Origin: Trichosphaerium sp. ATCC 40318
Taxonomy: Eukaryota > Protista > Tubulinea
Direction: 5' to 3'
Assembly: GCA_038496445.1 (NCBI GenBank)
Contig: JALMLS010000005.1
Coordinates: 1 to 64,000 of the forward strand
DNA: 64,000 bases
Part shown: positions 25,939 through 39,078 of the stretch, one piece after another
Layout: every line of letters starts with the position of its first letter
Numbering within the stretch: position 1 is the first letter of the stretch
Position numbers and translations under genes: made by a program
The notes under the pieces: model-generated
The model's input: only the letters and a program-made list of their open reading frames with translations
The model's database searches: none
What the model was told of the DNA's origin: nothing

Positions 25939-26152
25939 TGTGCTTCAGAATATACTGTCCACGAACATTGGAGCACCCATTATAAAATGGCCAGAGCCAG
26001 AAGTTGTGGAAAAGTGTTGAGAAATGTGACAGCAGTTTGTAAAACTTGTCTCAATTTCTCGAAAAGAAGTTAGTTTTCTGTAGTACCAAACAACATTGTT
26101 ACAGCGTACAAATTGGTGTGGGAGGTAAAGATTGTTCTTAATCTACGGAACA

Positions 26153-28246
26153 ATGGAAGAAAAGGTGATAGATGTGGTTGCTGTTGGCGCAGGACCAAGG
26201 TATCTTGGTCATTTCGCTAGGGTAGTAAATGATACATAATCTAGCGCTTTGACAGCTGGGTTGCTGCTCAAGACAGACATAAGTTATCATTACCACAACG
26301 ACGAGGATCTAACATACCAAAGAAAGCACTACAGCAGCGATTTGGCAGAGCGAAAAAGAATTAGGAGTGAAATCAGTTTTAAAGCTATCGACCCATCTGG
26401 AGAGTGGATGCATGACTGGCGAAAGAGTTTCAAGACACTTGGCATCTCTTGGCTAAGATCTCCCGTTGTAGTTCACCCAGGTACACTTCTACGCGTAATA
26501 TAGCATTAAACAACGCATGAGTATCAAATACGCCATTAACAACGTTTGTAGATCCCTTTGACGAAAACGCATTATTTTGTTACGCAACCAATACCAACCG
26601 GGCCACGGACCTTAAAACTCTTAATTTACATCAAAAATTGTCAATACGAGGAGGAAAAAAGAAAAAGAAATTAAAATCACAAAGGCCATTTGGATCTTTC
26701 GAGGATGAGCACAAGTTCATGGTGCCTACAAGCGGATTATTTTCTGATTTTTGCAGCAACCTTGTTAAAGAGTACGGTCTAACAGACTCTGTTCAAAAAG
26801 GTTATGGTACGGTCACGTGACAAATGAGTTTTCTATCAAATAAGTCATTGCAATTTTTTAACTGTGCAACTAGTACAAGGTGTCGAAGTGATTGATGAAC
26901 CTGGCACAAAAAAGAAGATCTATAAGATATTAATGGCAGACGAGTAGGCATCTTTTTTCAAATCCGATAAAAAAATTAATAGCACAATTAGAAAGCATGT
27001 ATTGGCTCGCCATGTGATATTCGCTGGTGGTGTATCTCGTAACCGTTATCCTGATTGGTATCAATCGCTCCCTGCAGAGGCGAAGGAAAACTGTGTGTAA
27101 GGACTCTATACCGTGCTTTGTACATAACATTTTGATTGAATAGGCACTCGTATGATATTGATAATTACAACAAATTAACATTTAATCTCGGCACAGGCAG
27201 TGTACTTATTATTGGTTCGTATTAGTACTTGTACTATGACATTATATCTTATTCTTTTGTTACAGGTGGTGGTATTACTAGTGGTTATGTTGCAATAGAT
27301 CTATGCAGAAGAGCTAAACGTTGCACATTGATTATGAGAAAAAAGAAAATGAGTGTCAAGCACTTTGATATCCCTCTCAAGTGGTTCAGTAAGTTTAAAA
27401 ACGCAGAAATGGCAAATTTCTATCAACATGATCTGGAAGGACGTTTTAAGCTTGTGCGAGAAGCCCAAGATGGCGGAAGGTAGCTGATATTTTGTGATAC
27501 AGTTTATTTGTACTTATTTAAACCCTAGCTTTACACCTGAGATTGCTTCACGTCTTATGTGCCTGCAAAAAGAAGTGGATAATTTTAGTATACTTCAAGA
27601 CACTACAATAGAAAGTATAAAATGGGAAGACGAAACAAGTAATTTCGTAGTAAAGTATAGTGGGGAAGAAGCAGAACATAGGTTTGAAAAAGTAGTATTG
27701 GCACTTGGAAAGTACGATTTTTTGGTCATTTCAAATTTAATGAAGAACTTAACTTATATTTTGTAGAGTTGTAGATATCACAAAAGAACCTTTCTTTGAT
27801 AATTTACTTAAAAACCATCCTGTTAACATAGTGTGTGGGCTACCAGATCTTAAGAATAATCTACGGTGGGGTGATTTAGACATATTTGTTACAGGTACCT
27901 ATATTTTCAGTGAAGCCTTTCTGATTGTCACTGTGTAGGAGCATACAGTAGTTTACAAATAGGCCCCAATGGACATAATTTACGAGGAGCCATAAGTAGC
28001 TCACAGCGCATAAGTGACGCTATCCTTGAGGGTTTCTATGCTCAAAAACCTAAACCAAAGAAGGACAGTACTCCTACACCTAACAAACAACCGCCAAAAC
28101 CTAAACCACAAGAGAATGGGTCGCCACCAAATAACACAACAACAACAAAAAAGAAGAGACGAAGAAGGAGAGGCAAAGGCAAAGGGCGTAATAACAATGC
28201 AAACGACAGAGGCTTGCTATATTTTGGTGCTCTTAGTAATTCATAG
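26153..28246 (+). CDS. FAD/NAD(P)-binding oxidoreductase (lysine N6-monooxygenase-like fold)
   Basis: DVVAVGAGPSAL (FAD), IDPSGEWMHDW...LRSPVVVHPDP, PTSGLFSDFC, VLIIGGGITSG (NAD(P)H), GGSFTP. Confidence 0.8.
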
Positions 28247-28387
28247 AAAATACAGCAGTAAAAACCAACCATTGCAAGAGAGTTTAACAATACTATTGCT
28301 ATTAGTTGTTTATTTTTTTTTTGTAGCTACAATTTACATTCTTGCGGGTAATGTACACGTGTGCACAAACGTACACTTTTATAAAAA

Positions 28388-31300
28388 TTAATGACTCATT
28401 GAACTTGTTCTTCTCACCAAAGAAGGAGGTTGCCTCCTCTTATGGCTCTTTGATCGCTTGTGTCTTCTACTTTTAGGAGGCTTTGACTCTTCCTTTGCTG
28501 TATTTCCCTTTGAGCTTGATTTGTTTGATGTATCGCTCTTTTCAGACACTACAGACTTTGGAGACCTCAAGGAGCTCTTACGCTTACGCTTCTTCTTCTT
28601 GCGGTCACGTTTCTTAACTACAGCAAGCTTATCCTGCTTGTTTGGATCTTCCTGTTCAAAATCGGAAGGAGCACCACCCTGAGACACTGATTTTCTATGG
28701 GTTCTTTCACTGCTAAAATTGCTACGTCTTGCTAGCGATGTAGAAAGTTCTAGGTTGCTTTGTGATATACCTTTACCTCTTAATACGCTATCAAGTGAAG
28801 TAGGCGTAAAGGTAGTAGGTAGGGATCGAGTGTGGTAGTTAAAAGGCTTTGAAGTGTTACCAAGGCTACTGTTATTAAGTAGCGTTGAGAGTAAGTCTCC
28901 TCTACTGTCCTGAAGATCCATATTGGACACAGACAACCTCATTGGTGGGCTGTTTTTTGATGCTAGCCTTGAAGGTAAACTAGCAGGAGCATTGATAGGA
29001 CTGGTAGACTTTCGGCTAGAAAACAAGGTTAATACAAAGTAGTAGATGGAGTGTATAAGTGTACTTTTTATTCGTCCACTTGACGCTTGATGGTTTGTAT
29101 GGATCAGACATAGAGGATACACGCGCTCTATCAGGGTTCACTTCTTGCCTATCAAATGATACTACACGTGGTGCATAACGCGTGTGCATTTCACGCAGTA
29201 ATCCAAAGTCAGTTTCTCCACCGCTAGTGTCAGCGCTGTGAAAGGTTTAGAACAAGATGATAATAGGGTAAAAGATTAGGTGTACCTGGATCCTGTACTG
29301 GAATTACTAAATGAACATGATTGCGAAGGTAATGACACATATTTTTCAGACTTTTTGAACTTATTGTTTGAGAGTGTGTCTAATCCTGACAATGAAACAG
29401 CTTTTGTTGAATTAGTTAAAGATACGGAAAGAGAAACAACCAACAAAAAAAAAAAGAGCGTACTTAATGGTTCCTCAAGGAGCGAGGCTCTATCAGGGAT
29501 AGCTGTCTTATGCTCAGAGCATACACGATGAAGAATTGTAAGCCATGCGTGAATCTTATCGAGATCCTTAAATCCAATATCCCACGTTTTATCTAAGCAA
29601 CCATTTAGTTTTTGTTCAAACTTTGGTAAAAAACCAAAAGCATTTTCTCTTACTTTGGCTTTCTATTGATAACACGAATGGTTGTCCTTTGACTTTCCGA
29701 ACGTATATTGTTGCACCAATTAATGGTACAATTTTAGATTGAGTTATCTTTCCTGGCTTCCAATACCGAAGATTGCCCCTACAATAATCACGTGAGTAAC
29801 AAAATCCTCTTCGAATGAAGCCAAGAAATACAACGTACTGTTTGGTAAATTCAAATCTCATACGCTTCCACGTGTATCTGCGAAAAGTTTTCTTCTTTCC
29901 AAACAGTAATACACCCTCTAGTACTTTACGTGTACGCGGGGTGATAACATCAATTGGCTGAGATAACCTACGGTCCTCTTTCGCTCTAGGCCGTACTGGA
30001 GATGAACCAGCACTACGTAACTTCTTTCTAGAAATCACACGCTTTAGTTGCTTCACTTCAGCATGTCGTCGTTGTTGAAACGAGCCCATACCAGTCACTG
30101 TTAACAAAAGAGATGTAAGTTTCATGTCGTGCAAGTATTAACAATAAGAGTCATGACGTGCCTACACCTGACGGTAACGTAATTGGTGTCAAACCAGTCT
30201 CACTAATTGTAAAAGAGTACGAGTACTCCCTTGATGGTGTCTCGCGAAATCCACGAATCTCATCAAATTGGTTGCTTACTCTTTTGAATGCTTTTCGAAA
30301 TTCTGTAGGTGCATTCCGTCCTTCTTTCATTCTAGTAAACGGATATGGCTCTACAAAAGTAAACAACAGTAAGTATACTATATTTTCTTGTATTCTAACC
30401 TTTGCAAGAAGCAAGCAAGTGCCACAAGCTTTTATCGTTAATACGCTTTCTTCTAGCTTGAAGGCTTTGAACACGTCTATTAGCACGTTGTAAATAAGGA
30501 TTTATACAAGATCGTAGAGATCCGACAAGCATGGCTGAGTTTTCATCTATTTTGTATAAGTATACATACACGGTGTGGTAACGTTTTCGTACCAATCTCT
30601 AATTTGAATGGACAACCCTCTAGTTGGAAACCACCTACAGCTACAGTGCAGGAGTGATCTCCAGCAACAAGTGGCATAAAATTTACTACTACCATATTTC
30701 GTCCATCTTTTTTAACAGTCTGTAATGCGTCAGTTGGTTTTGGTTCATTCTCACGTACAAAGTTAATGAGGCGTCTAGTCGGTGGTGGTTCTGTTATCGA
30801 TACAGTCACATCCTTTGTTCTTGTATCTCCACCAACAACAATCTTAAAGTGTTCTCGTTTGCCAGCGGTCAAAACACGTGAAGGCATCACAACCCTCGGT
30901 ACGCGTAATTTAGTCTCCGTGTCAGAGTCTGAGTACCCTCTGTGCAACGTGCTTGCCATATCATCTGTACTTAGACTAGAACCGTCATCAAAGTCCTGTA
31001 TAATTATCAGTACACAACACTTATGTTGGGGAAAAAAGATGACCGTACCTCTAAACCTGAGAAATCTAATGGCTTTGAAGATACATCTACAATTTGAACA
31101 CGTTTGAACTGTTCGAGCTCAAGTGAACGACGAAGTTGTTTGTTCTTATTCATAGATTTTCTAATGTGTGAACGAGGTATCATAGAGCTATTGAGCCGCT
31201 TTAACTTTTTCTTTTTGCTTGGACTGGAAGACTTTGTTACTGTGTAGCGTCTATTACCATCTGCTGGAATTGATTCTGCACGTGACAGTACGTTTGGATC

Positions 31301-34300
31301 TATATTTGCCCTCTTTGATAGACTAATGGCTGACTTTGCAAAACTTGAAGTTCCAGTACCAACTGGGCTTGGAGGTTTATGGCTTGATTTACGACGTGAA
31401 GTTGTGGCCATCTTGACGCTTTTCTGAGGACGACTTGATTTCCTCTTTTTCTTACCAGCACGTGAAGTCCTGCTTCGTGCTGGAGAACCTGTTCTTATCT
31501 TTTCGCTATGAAGGAGTGGTACAGGTCGCGATTTCTTTCTGCTTTTCGAACGTGGGCCACCTGTTTTTCTCAATTTCTTGCCTTCCTTCACTTTCTTCAT
31601 CGCAACATTTTTTGCAGACTTTGGAGATAATGGAGATGTATCTCTAGCGTCAATATTTGTAGCATCACCAATGACAACCTTCTTGAAAACGGGAAGATTC
31701 GAGTTGGAATCGCGTGGTGAAGTGGCTTTTGATTTTTTTGATTTGGCGATAGTTGGTGCTTGGATTGAGTCAATTGATACAGAAGACTCATTTGATTCCG
31801 TAGACTCACCACTACGATTTGCATTGCTGGTTATGCGCATACGGGCGGCGCGCCTACGTGGTGATTTTCGAGGAGAAAGCTTCATCTTGCTCCGTGCAGA
31901 CTTCCTGGGCGACTTGCGAGGTTTTTTCTTTCTAGAGCGTACTTTTGGACTCTTTAATGCTTTGGCCTTGTCTGCTGATGCCTCAACAATTGGGGTTGCT
32001 TCAGTGCCGATAACCTCAGCAGCATACGTGTCAATGTTAGTGTCGACTAATACCTCCGTGCTTGGATTGGCTTCTGAGCTAGTATCCGCAGCATCATCTG
32101 CATTAACCGATACCTCGGCACCTGGGTTTGATTTGCTTACAATGTCCTCAGTTGCATCTGTATCAACACAGCCATCAACGGACGCTGCTGTAGTTGGCTT
32201 TGCTTTGTCAATAACCTCAGCGGGGTATGTATCAGCATCTGTGTCAACTAATACCTCCGTTACTGGCTTATCTTTAGAGCTAATATCCTCAGTAGCATCT
32301 GTGTCGACACCTCCATCGATTGATTTCATTGTGCTTGGTGCAGCTTTGCCGTCTGTCTCCACGCTATCTTTTGTTTCCGATTCTTCAGAATTGGATGACA
32401 AATCTTCATCTTCAGACGTATCTGCATCTGTACTGCTATTTTGCTGTTCCAAACTGTTTGTGTCATTGTCTGCTGTATTTTCGACGAATGCCAAACACTT
32501 ACCAGTTATCTCGCCTTCCTAAACGCTATGTAAGAGAATTGATCATACACGGGATCATACAGTGAGCCTACGAAGGTATTCTTCCAATATTACTAGTGTT
32601 TCATTACCGACAAACAATTTTGTATTTCCGAATGCCACCCTATCTTCTGGAATACCAATATCCTCACATAGACTCTTCACAGCTTCTTTAATATCGCTGG
32701 AGTGCAATGATAAACTCCTTGGTGATATAGCAACAGAAAATCTATACAAAGTGTGAAAACGTGTTACAAAAAAAATGATGAACTATACCGTTGATAGAAC
32801 AATTTGTAGTCTTGATAAGCAGACCATGCTCGCTTGGCAAACTTGGCTGTTGCAACCAATCTCCAGGACCTTGAACAACTTGTAAATCTTGTACAATATT
32901 AAGTAGTCACGTACTTTATCTGCTTGGCAACAGATACAGCATCCACAATTCTTGGCACTTTGAAATTGTTTGGTTTTATGCATCGTACATAATGGCAGGA
33001 GGTATCACCAATTGTTCTCAGAAGCGAATTAAGAGATTCTTGAAACTGTGCTGTGACACTTGAAAACTTAAATGTGCCTTGACCTACTGCTTGAGCACGT
33101 CTAGGGCTAGCCTCTAATCACATATAAATAAAAGTTGTTTCTTTTTGTACTATTCAAACCTATGGGTGTTGCCGAAAATGAAGCAATAAAAGTATTGGTA
33201 CTCTTAATCATCAACCTACAATAATAAGTATTACACAGTACAGATTTAAAAAAACCACCTACCTGGTTTGTTCAACAATAACAAAATCTTTGTTTTTTTC
33301 CATGAATCTGTCGCCGTCATATGATACTATTCATCAAAGTTAAACAGAAAATAAGTTAATAAACCGTACTTTTCCCAGCAAAGTGTTCAATTGTGAAGGT
33401 TGTTCTACCGAAGCGCGATTTGGAGTATATTTTGTTTTCTGCAAAAGTACCATTCAACTTTGTCATAAAAGACTCTGTTGTCCCAGTACGAAACCTAAAA
33501 AAACATAAAAAGTGATGAACGTCACTTGATGACAATACCTGCATTCATCATCGAGTACGCCTAGTATGCCAGGTAAAGCGTCTGCGCCTTCTATGGTATC
33601 AATGCATTCCTAAATACACTGTTATTAAAAGTAATTGGCGTGCAAACATTACTTGGTTGTCAGGTAATTGTTGTGCTTCCCAGCCAATCTCCTCGCTTTC
33701 GAACATGCGTTGTGTTCTGGACACATAGTCATAGTACTAATCAAAAATAAGAATAAATCGCTCGATAAAATATCACGTGCCTGGTGCTGAAGTTTTTCAT
33801 TGGCGTAATTTACACAAAATTGTTCCAAGCTATTTACTTTGCGAGTCTCAAAACCATTAATGTTAAGAATACCAATGACTTGTTTGTGATCTTCTGCAGG
33901 TGCTATTGCATCATTGACAGCTTTTACAATCCTGGTACAGTAGATTAGATGAATTTAAAGACAAAGCGCTACTGTACCAATCAAAGGTCCTTTGGTAGAC
34001 CCACATCGCCAAGGAATCACGGGCATTATATGCTTCATCCTTACTTAGAAATATATCAAAACTCTCGCCATTCATGACTACTTGACGTTGTGTCATAGAG
34101 GCCAGTAAATCATTTGCAGGTACGCCCTTTATAAAAAAGTTAGGGTAGTGCTTATAAAGAATGATATAACGCACAAGTAATTCTGCAGCAAACTGTAGTG
34201 GTTCATCATCAACAAGGGAAACAGATTCTTTGGATTTCTTGGTAAATTTAATATTTCCAACATGAAGTATGCCAGCCAAAGCTCTTACACCAAACATTAG

Positions 34301-36586
34301 TTGCTAATACACTATTCTGCATACCTATACAACCCAAGGATATCATCTTCACTAAAACCCAAGGCAACAAAGCCATCAGTTATTGCTTTGAAGTCTTGCG
34401 CATCCTTAGCCTACGAGTATTAGTTTACTACAAAAACTGGCTGGCCTGTACCTCTGTGTGACCTGAGCGAAGGTACTGATAGTTCCCTGCAGAAGATATA
34501 TTCCATTGATTCCTCTGTTCTTGGCTTGCACCAGCACACAACTAGGTTATGTGATAAGTACAAAATTACATGACCATTGTAGTCATACTTGATAAAATAT
34601 ATGGAAGCAGCGCTCATTTTGTTCTCGTCGTACTACCCTAAACTTTTCCAACATGTACGTCTTAATTTCTCCCCCAATAATATTATTCTTCTTGTCGAAC
34701 AGGAGCCTTGTGAATCGTCCAAAACGAGAAGAGTTATTGTTATGTAATGTCTTAGCATTACCAAATGCTATAAAATTTTAACAAAACATTGTTACAATAG
34801 TACTACGCACCTTCTATTACAGCGAGACCACTCAATAATTTCTTTGTTATTGATGCATCCTGACTTGCAAAGCCAGTCAAGAAGTGTATTATATGCTTTC
34901 CTACAATTGCTAGACCTGGTTGAGGTGTAAGAAATCATAAAAATATACTCATAAACCCTACCAGAGCCAGCTTCACCACTCACTAAAATTGATTGATCCC
35001 GATCTATTGAACAATCAGCACTATAGAGACAGAACGAATAGACGTACTAGATACCCTCATTTTCCAATATGCGAATGAGGCTATATCATACACGTGTGGA
35101 GGTAAGCCGGGTTTATAAGGAACATATTTACGCTGCTCTTCTTCGTTATGTTGTTCAGAATCAGAAAAAGGATTAAGAGCTTAATGCAGGATGTCAATTA
35201 TCAATTATTCTTGAATTAACTTGTAGCTTACCAACAAGGACAGGTCCAATATACGTATAATTATTTGATTGGTTGTATCGGCTCCTCAATTGATGAAGAA
35301 TTCCTGGTTCATGCTAGAATTCCAAATGTTAGAGAATTCACAAAATCAGGCTGCCTTTTTCGGGTACGTACCAAAATTGGTAGATTGATCAGATTATTGG
35401 CGTTTACAGTAGACATACGGTTGAATTTATATGCACGCGCTTTATCAACATTAAACGTTGTCCTAAGGAGCTTCCTTGAAGCTTCCGATACCTTCAAAAA
35501 AGCCGTAAAAACGTGAACTATGACCATGTAAACAAATAGCAATACCTTTCCAAATATTGTATCAGAATCCACTATCAACGTAGCCAACACTGTCAATAAT
35601 TCATCTGACTGAGAAGAATTATTTGTACAAAGCAAACAAGGCGCAAATAATTTTGTCATTATCTCCAACGCAGGCCCAGAGCTTTGTTCTTTACAATAAC
35701 GCCTTAACAATAGCGTTAGAAAACTATTTTGATCAAAGAAAAAAAGTACCGGCAAAATTCCAGTACACAATTTGAACAATGCAATTCATGCTTTGGTAGC
35801 GTTGAAATAATCACTTGTAACGCAGTGATAAGCTCTTCTCTATCGAGTTTGCCTAATAGGAAATTTGAGTTTGAAGAAAGTCCGTTCGGGTAATATCATG
35901 CGTACGGCTGCCAAGCGTTGTTAATTGTACAACGCAATCTGCTAGAAGCAATCGTGGCAAGCTTGCCAGAAAGTAAAAAACCAAAGCAATTACAACATTT
36001 GAGCTTGTTGACGGAGGAATCTCAAGTAAACCTTGGGTGTTGTATTTAGCGGCTTGATTATTTATTGAAATAGCAAATAGGGCCAAAGCATAAAATTAGT
36101 GACGTTACCTTCTTTGATGCCATCAACCAGCGCAACCACATCTTGTAGCGGTGCTGGTGGCGCGAAAAACAATTGCGAGTCTTGTAATGCTACTTATAGA
36201 TGAGTAAACATAGAATTGCTTGAGATGAGTTACCGTTGTTTGTTAGAAATGAAATTGCTCGTTGCAAAATGACTGGAACAACCACGTTATCACTCCGAGC
36301 CAATAAAGAGAGCGGTACTCCAAAAATCCCTTGTTTTGCAGGCTATACAAGTGTGAGGGTGTAATAATACGTATAAAACAAACAAGTCATTGTTTTATGT
36401 GTCTGCACAATATTCGCCTCTGAGGCCATGTGTGAACTCTAGTATCGTAGTTTGTACCTGTTTTGTCCGTAGTGTAACAGTTATCTCGCCGTTGTCTGAA
36501 AAAGATTCAATGTCTGCTAGAGCGTAACCATAGTTGGCCTGGACCCAAACGGGCTCGTTTTCAGTATTTATTTCCAGTTTGCTCAT
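28388..36586 (-). CDS. Large unconventional myosin: SH3-like N-terminus, RhoGAP-like domain, myosin head, acidic repeats, basic region, filamin Ig repeat, PH domain
   Basis: FGVPL...VPVILQRAISFL (RhoGAP); LHEPGILHQLRSRY...YTYIGPVLVALNPF, PPHVY, AFGNAKTLHNNNSSRFG, SLEQFCVNYANEKLQ, FTIEHFAG, FGNTKLF (myosin); AGDHSCTVAVGGFQLEGCPF (filamin); EGVLLFGKK...WKRMRF...W (PH). The head splices in frame to the 495-aa ORF. Confidence 0.85.
31975..32330 (-). repeat. Coding tandem repeats (~23/46 aa, acidic) in the myosin tail
   Basis: SIDGGVDTDATEDISSKDKPVTEVLVDTDADTYPAEVI / SVDGCVDTDATEDIVSKSNP / PSTEVLVDTNIDTYAAEVI. Confidence 0.8.
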
Positions 36587-36745
36587 TTTGCAGCAAAGTT
36601 GTCAAATCCCTGCTGTTATACATGTATATCATGTAAATCTTTTGCTGTCAGCCGTTGCTGTATTTTCTTTTATTGTAAAAGTCAAGCGCGATGAATTATG
36701 CTTCTTGCGGTAAATATTTTCTGCTTTTACAACGTACTACTTACA

Positions 36746-39012
36746 ATGGCGTTTCGCCTTGCTAGGCGCTTGCAATGTGCGTCCAATACGTTACGCACTA
36801 TGCACGTAAACAAAATAAGAAAGACGAAGAGTAAGATTCCTTTGTTCATTTTGAGTTACTAATAAAACGCTAGGGGCGATATCGCAATGGACAGTTCCTG
36901 ACGGCGCTAAAACTGATTTAAAACTGTACAATTCGCTCTGTCCTGGAGAAAAAGCGCGTATATAACGTACAGAATCATAATAACGCCTAAAAGGTGCCGC
37001 TTGTACTTATTGACGCCAAACGTCTTAAATGGTACTCATGCGGTCCAACAGTTTACGATCATTCACACGTTGGACACGCTCGGTACAGTGTTGCTAAAAA
37101 AAACCGTGAAATCATCCATTCTAATTCAAAAGTAGAACATACGTAACCATAGACATCATACAGCGTATACTACATAGTTTCTTCAATATTTCGGTTGAGC
37201 ACGTGATGGGCATTACTGACAGTGCGTCTTACTAAACTCACACTAAGACCCACTATATTTAGTTGATGACAAGATTATAACAAGGGCCAAGGAGGCCAAA
37301 CAACCTGTTAGGGATATTGCACGTAAATTTGAGAGCGAGTACTGGAATGATCTCAAAGACTTGAATGTATGCAACAACTTATGCCACAATACCGAAAAAA
37401 AGCTTATTATTTTTACTGTCCTTTAGGTTTCAGCTCCTAATGTATCGTGCCGTGTTACCGACCACTTAGATGAGATAGTCGACTTTATAGAACGTATAAA
37501 GGAGAAGGGCTTAGCCTACGAAAGCAACGGATCAGTCTACTTTGACAATGGAAAGTTTGGAACCCGTGCTAGTCCATTGGAGCACTTTGGTGGTACAGGA
37601 GATGATCCTTTGCCAGGTAAAATATATCATTTGCAACTAGAATCACCCTTACGCTCTTTCAGTCACTGGAAGCGAAAAAAAAGACCCAAAGGACTTTGTA
37701 CTTTGGAAAGCTGATAAGAAGGATGGTTCTATTGTATTTCCTTCACGGTATGGCCCTGGTAGACCTGGATGGCATATTGAATGCTCAGCAATGTCTTCTT
37801 TGTATTTTGGAGACCAATTTGATATTCACGCAGGCACGTGAAGTATAATGAGCAACGCAAGTGATCAAAAAACAAAAGCAGTTGTAGAGTTGTTTGATTG
37901 TTTTCATAACACATGCCATAGGTGGGTTAGATCTTGCATTTCCTCATCACCACAATGAAATAGCTCAATCTGATGCTTGTTTTGGTCATGGTCACGGAAA
38001 TGATAGGAACTGGGTTAATTACTTTGTTCATGTTGGTCCTTTAACAATAAAGGGACACAAAATGTCAAAATCACTAAAAAACTTTATAACAATACAGGCA
38101 CGAGTAGTATTAATCCAATACGTACTTATATTTATGGGTTATTAGGAACTACTTAAAACATATACAGCAGATGATTTTAGAATGTTCTGTTTGGCAACGA
38201 GTTACAACATGCCTGTAGAATACACAAATGACAACTTGGATTACGCACAAAATCTTAATAGAAAGTTTGCAGATTTCTTTGATCTTGTGGCACATCACAC
38301 AAAGAATCAAGATCATCTCGACACCAAGTGGACAGAGGTAGAATTCTCGCTGTCGAGACTGTAAGTAGTGTAGCACCCTCGGAACAACAGTTTTCTAAGT
38401 GTTTATGTATAGGTTAAGCGAGACTCAGTCGAAGACTCATGACTTCTTGTTGGATTGTTTTAATACATCCGAAGCGTTAAAACAATTACAAGAGCTTGTA
38501 AGCCAGACAAACAAATACTTACTTAGTGAAATGCCAAAATCAGTAATGCTACTAAACAACATTACTTCTTATATTATAAAAATACTTAAGTGCTTTGGAC
38601 TGTCAATTACACAGTACGCAGGCTTTTCTAGCTTTTTTTCGAAGGTGGTAATGTTGTACTAACATAGTCTCAAAGGCAAACAAAGTCCGGCCAAGGATCC
38701 ACATCTGCTTCTGACGCTGATGTCGTGGATTGTGTCGTAAAAGTACTACAGTTCATTTTATTATTGATTTATTAACCAGCGCATTAGTTCCGTGCCAAAG
38801 TGCGTAAGACTGCTATCACAACCCCAAAAGGAAGTATTGAAAAGGATGTCAAAAAAACAATTTTAGTAGAATGCGACACAATTAGAGATCAATTAGCTCA
38901 ACACGGCTACTTCTTGAAGGTAAACACCGCTAACATGTTTCTTCTAACTATTAAATAGGACACAAAGGAGCACGACACAATAGTGTCGAGAGAACCGCTT
39001 AATAAAAAATAA
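36746..39012 (+). CDS. CARS2: Cysteinyl-tRNA synthetase, probably mitochondrial (CARS2-like)
   Basis: Basic presequence [11 protein letters not shown]; [18 protein letters not shown]; [44 protein letters not shown]. Confidence 0.92.
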
Positions 39013-39078
39013 TACATAAAAAAAAAAGTGCTGGAATAAATAACAGTTTTATTCAAAAGAGTATTGATTTCTGCCTTC

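Noticed and set aside
31578-32522. 314-aa plus-strand ORF, and most other short ORF-track entries
   Set aside because: Antisense shadows of low-complexity coding exons, or intron read-through fragments.
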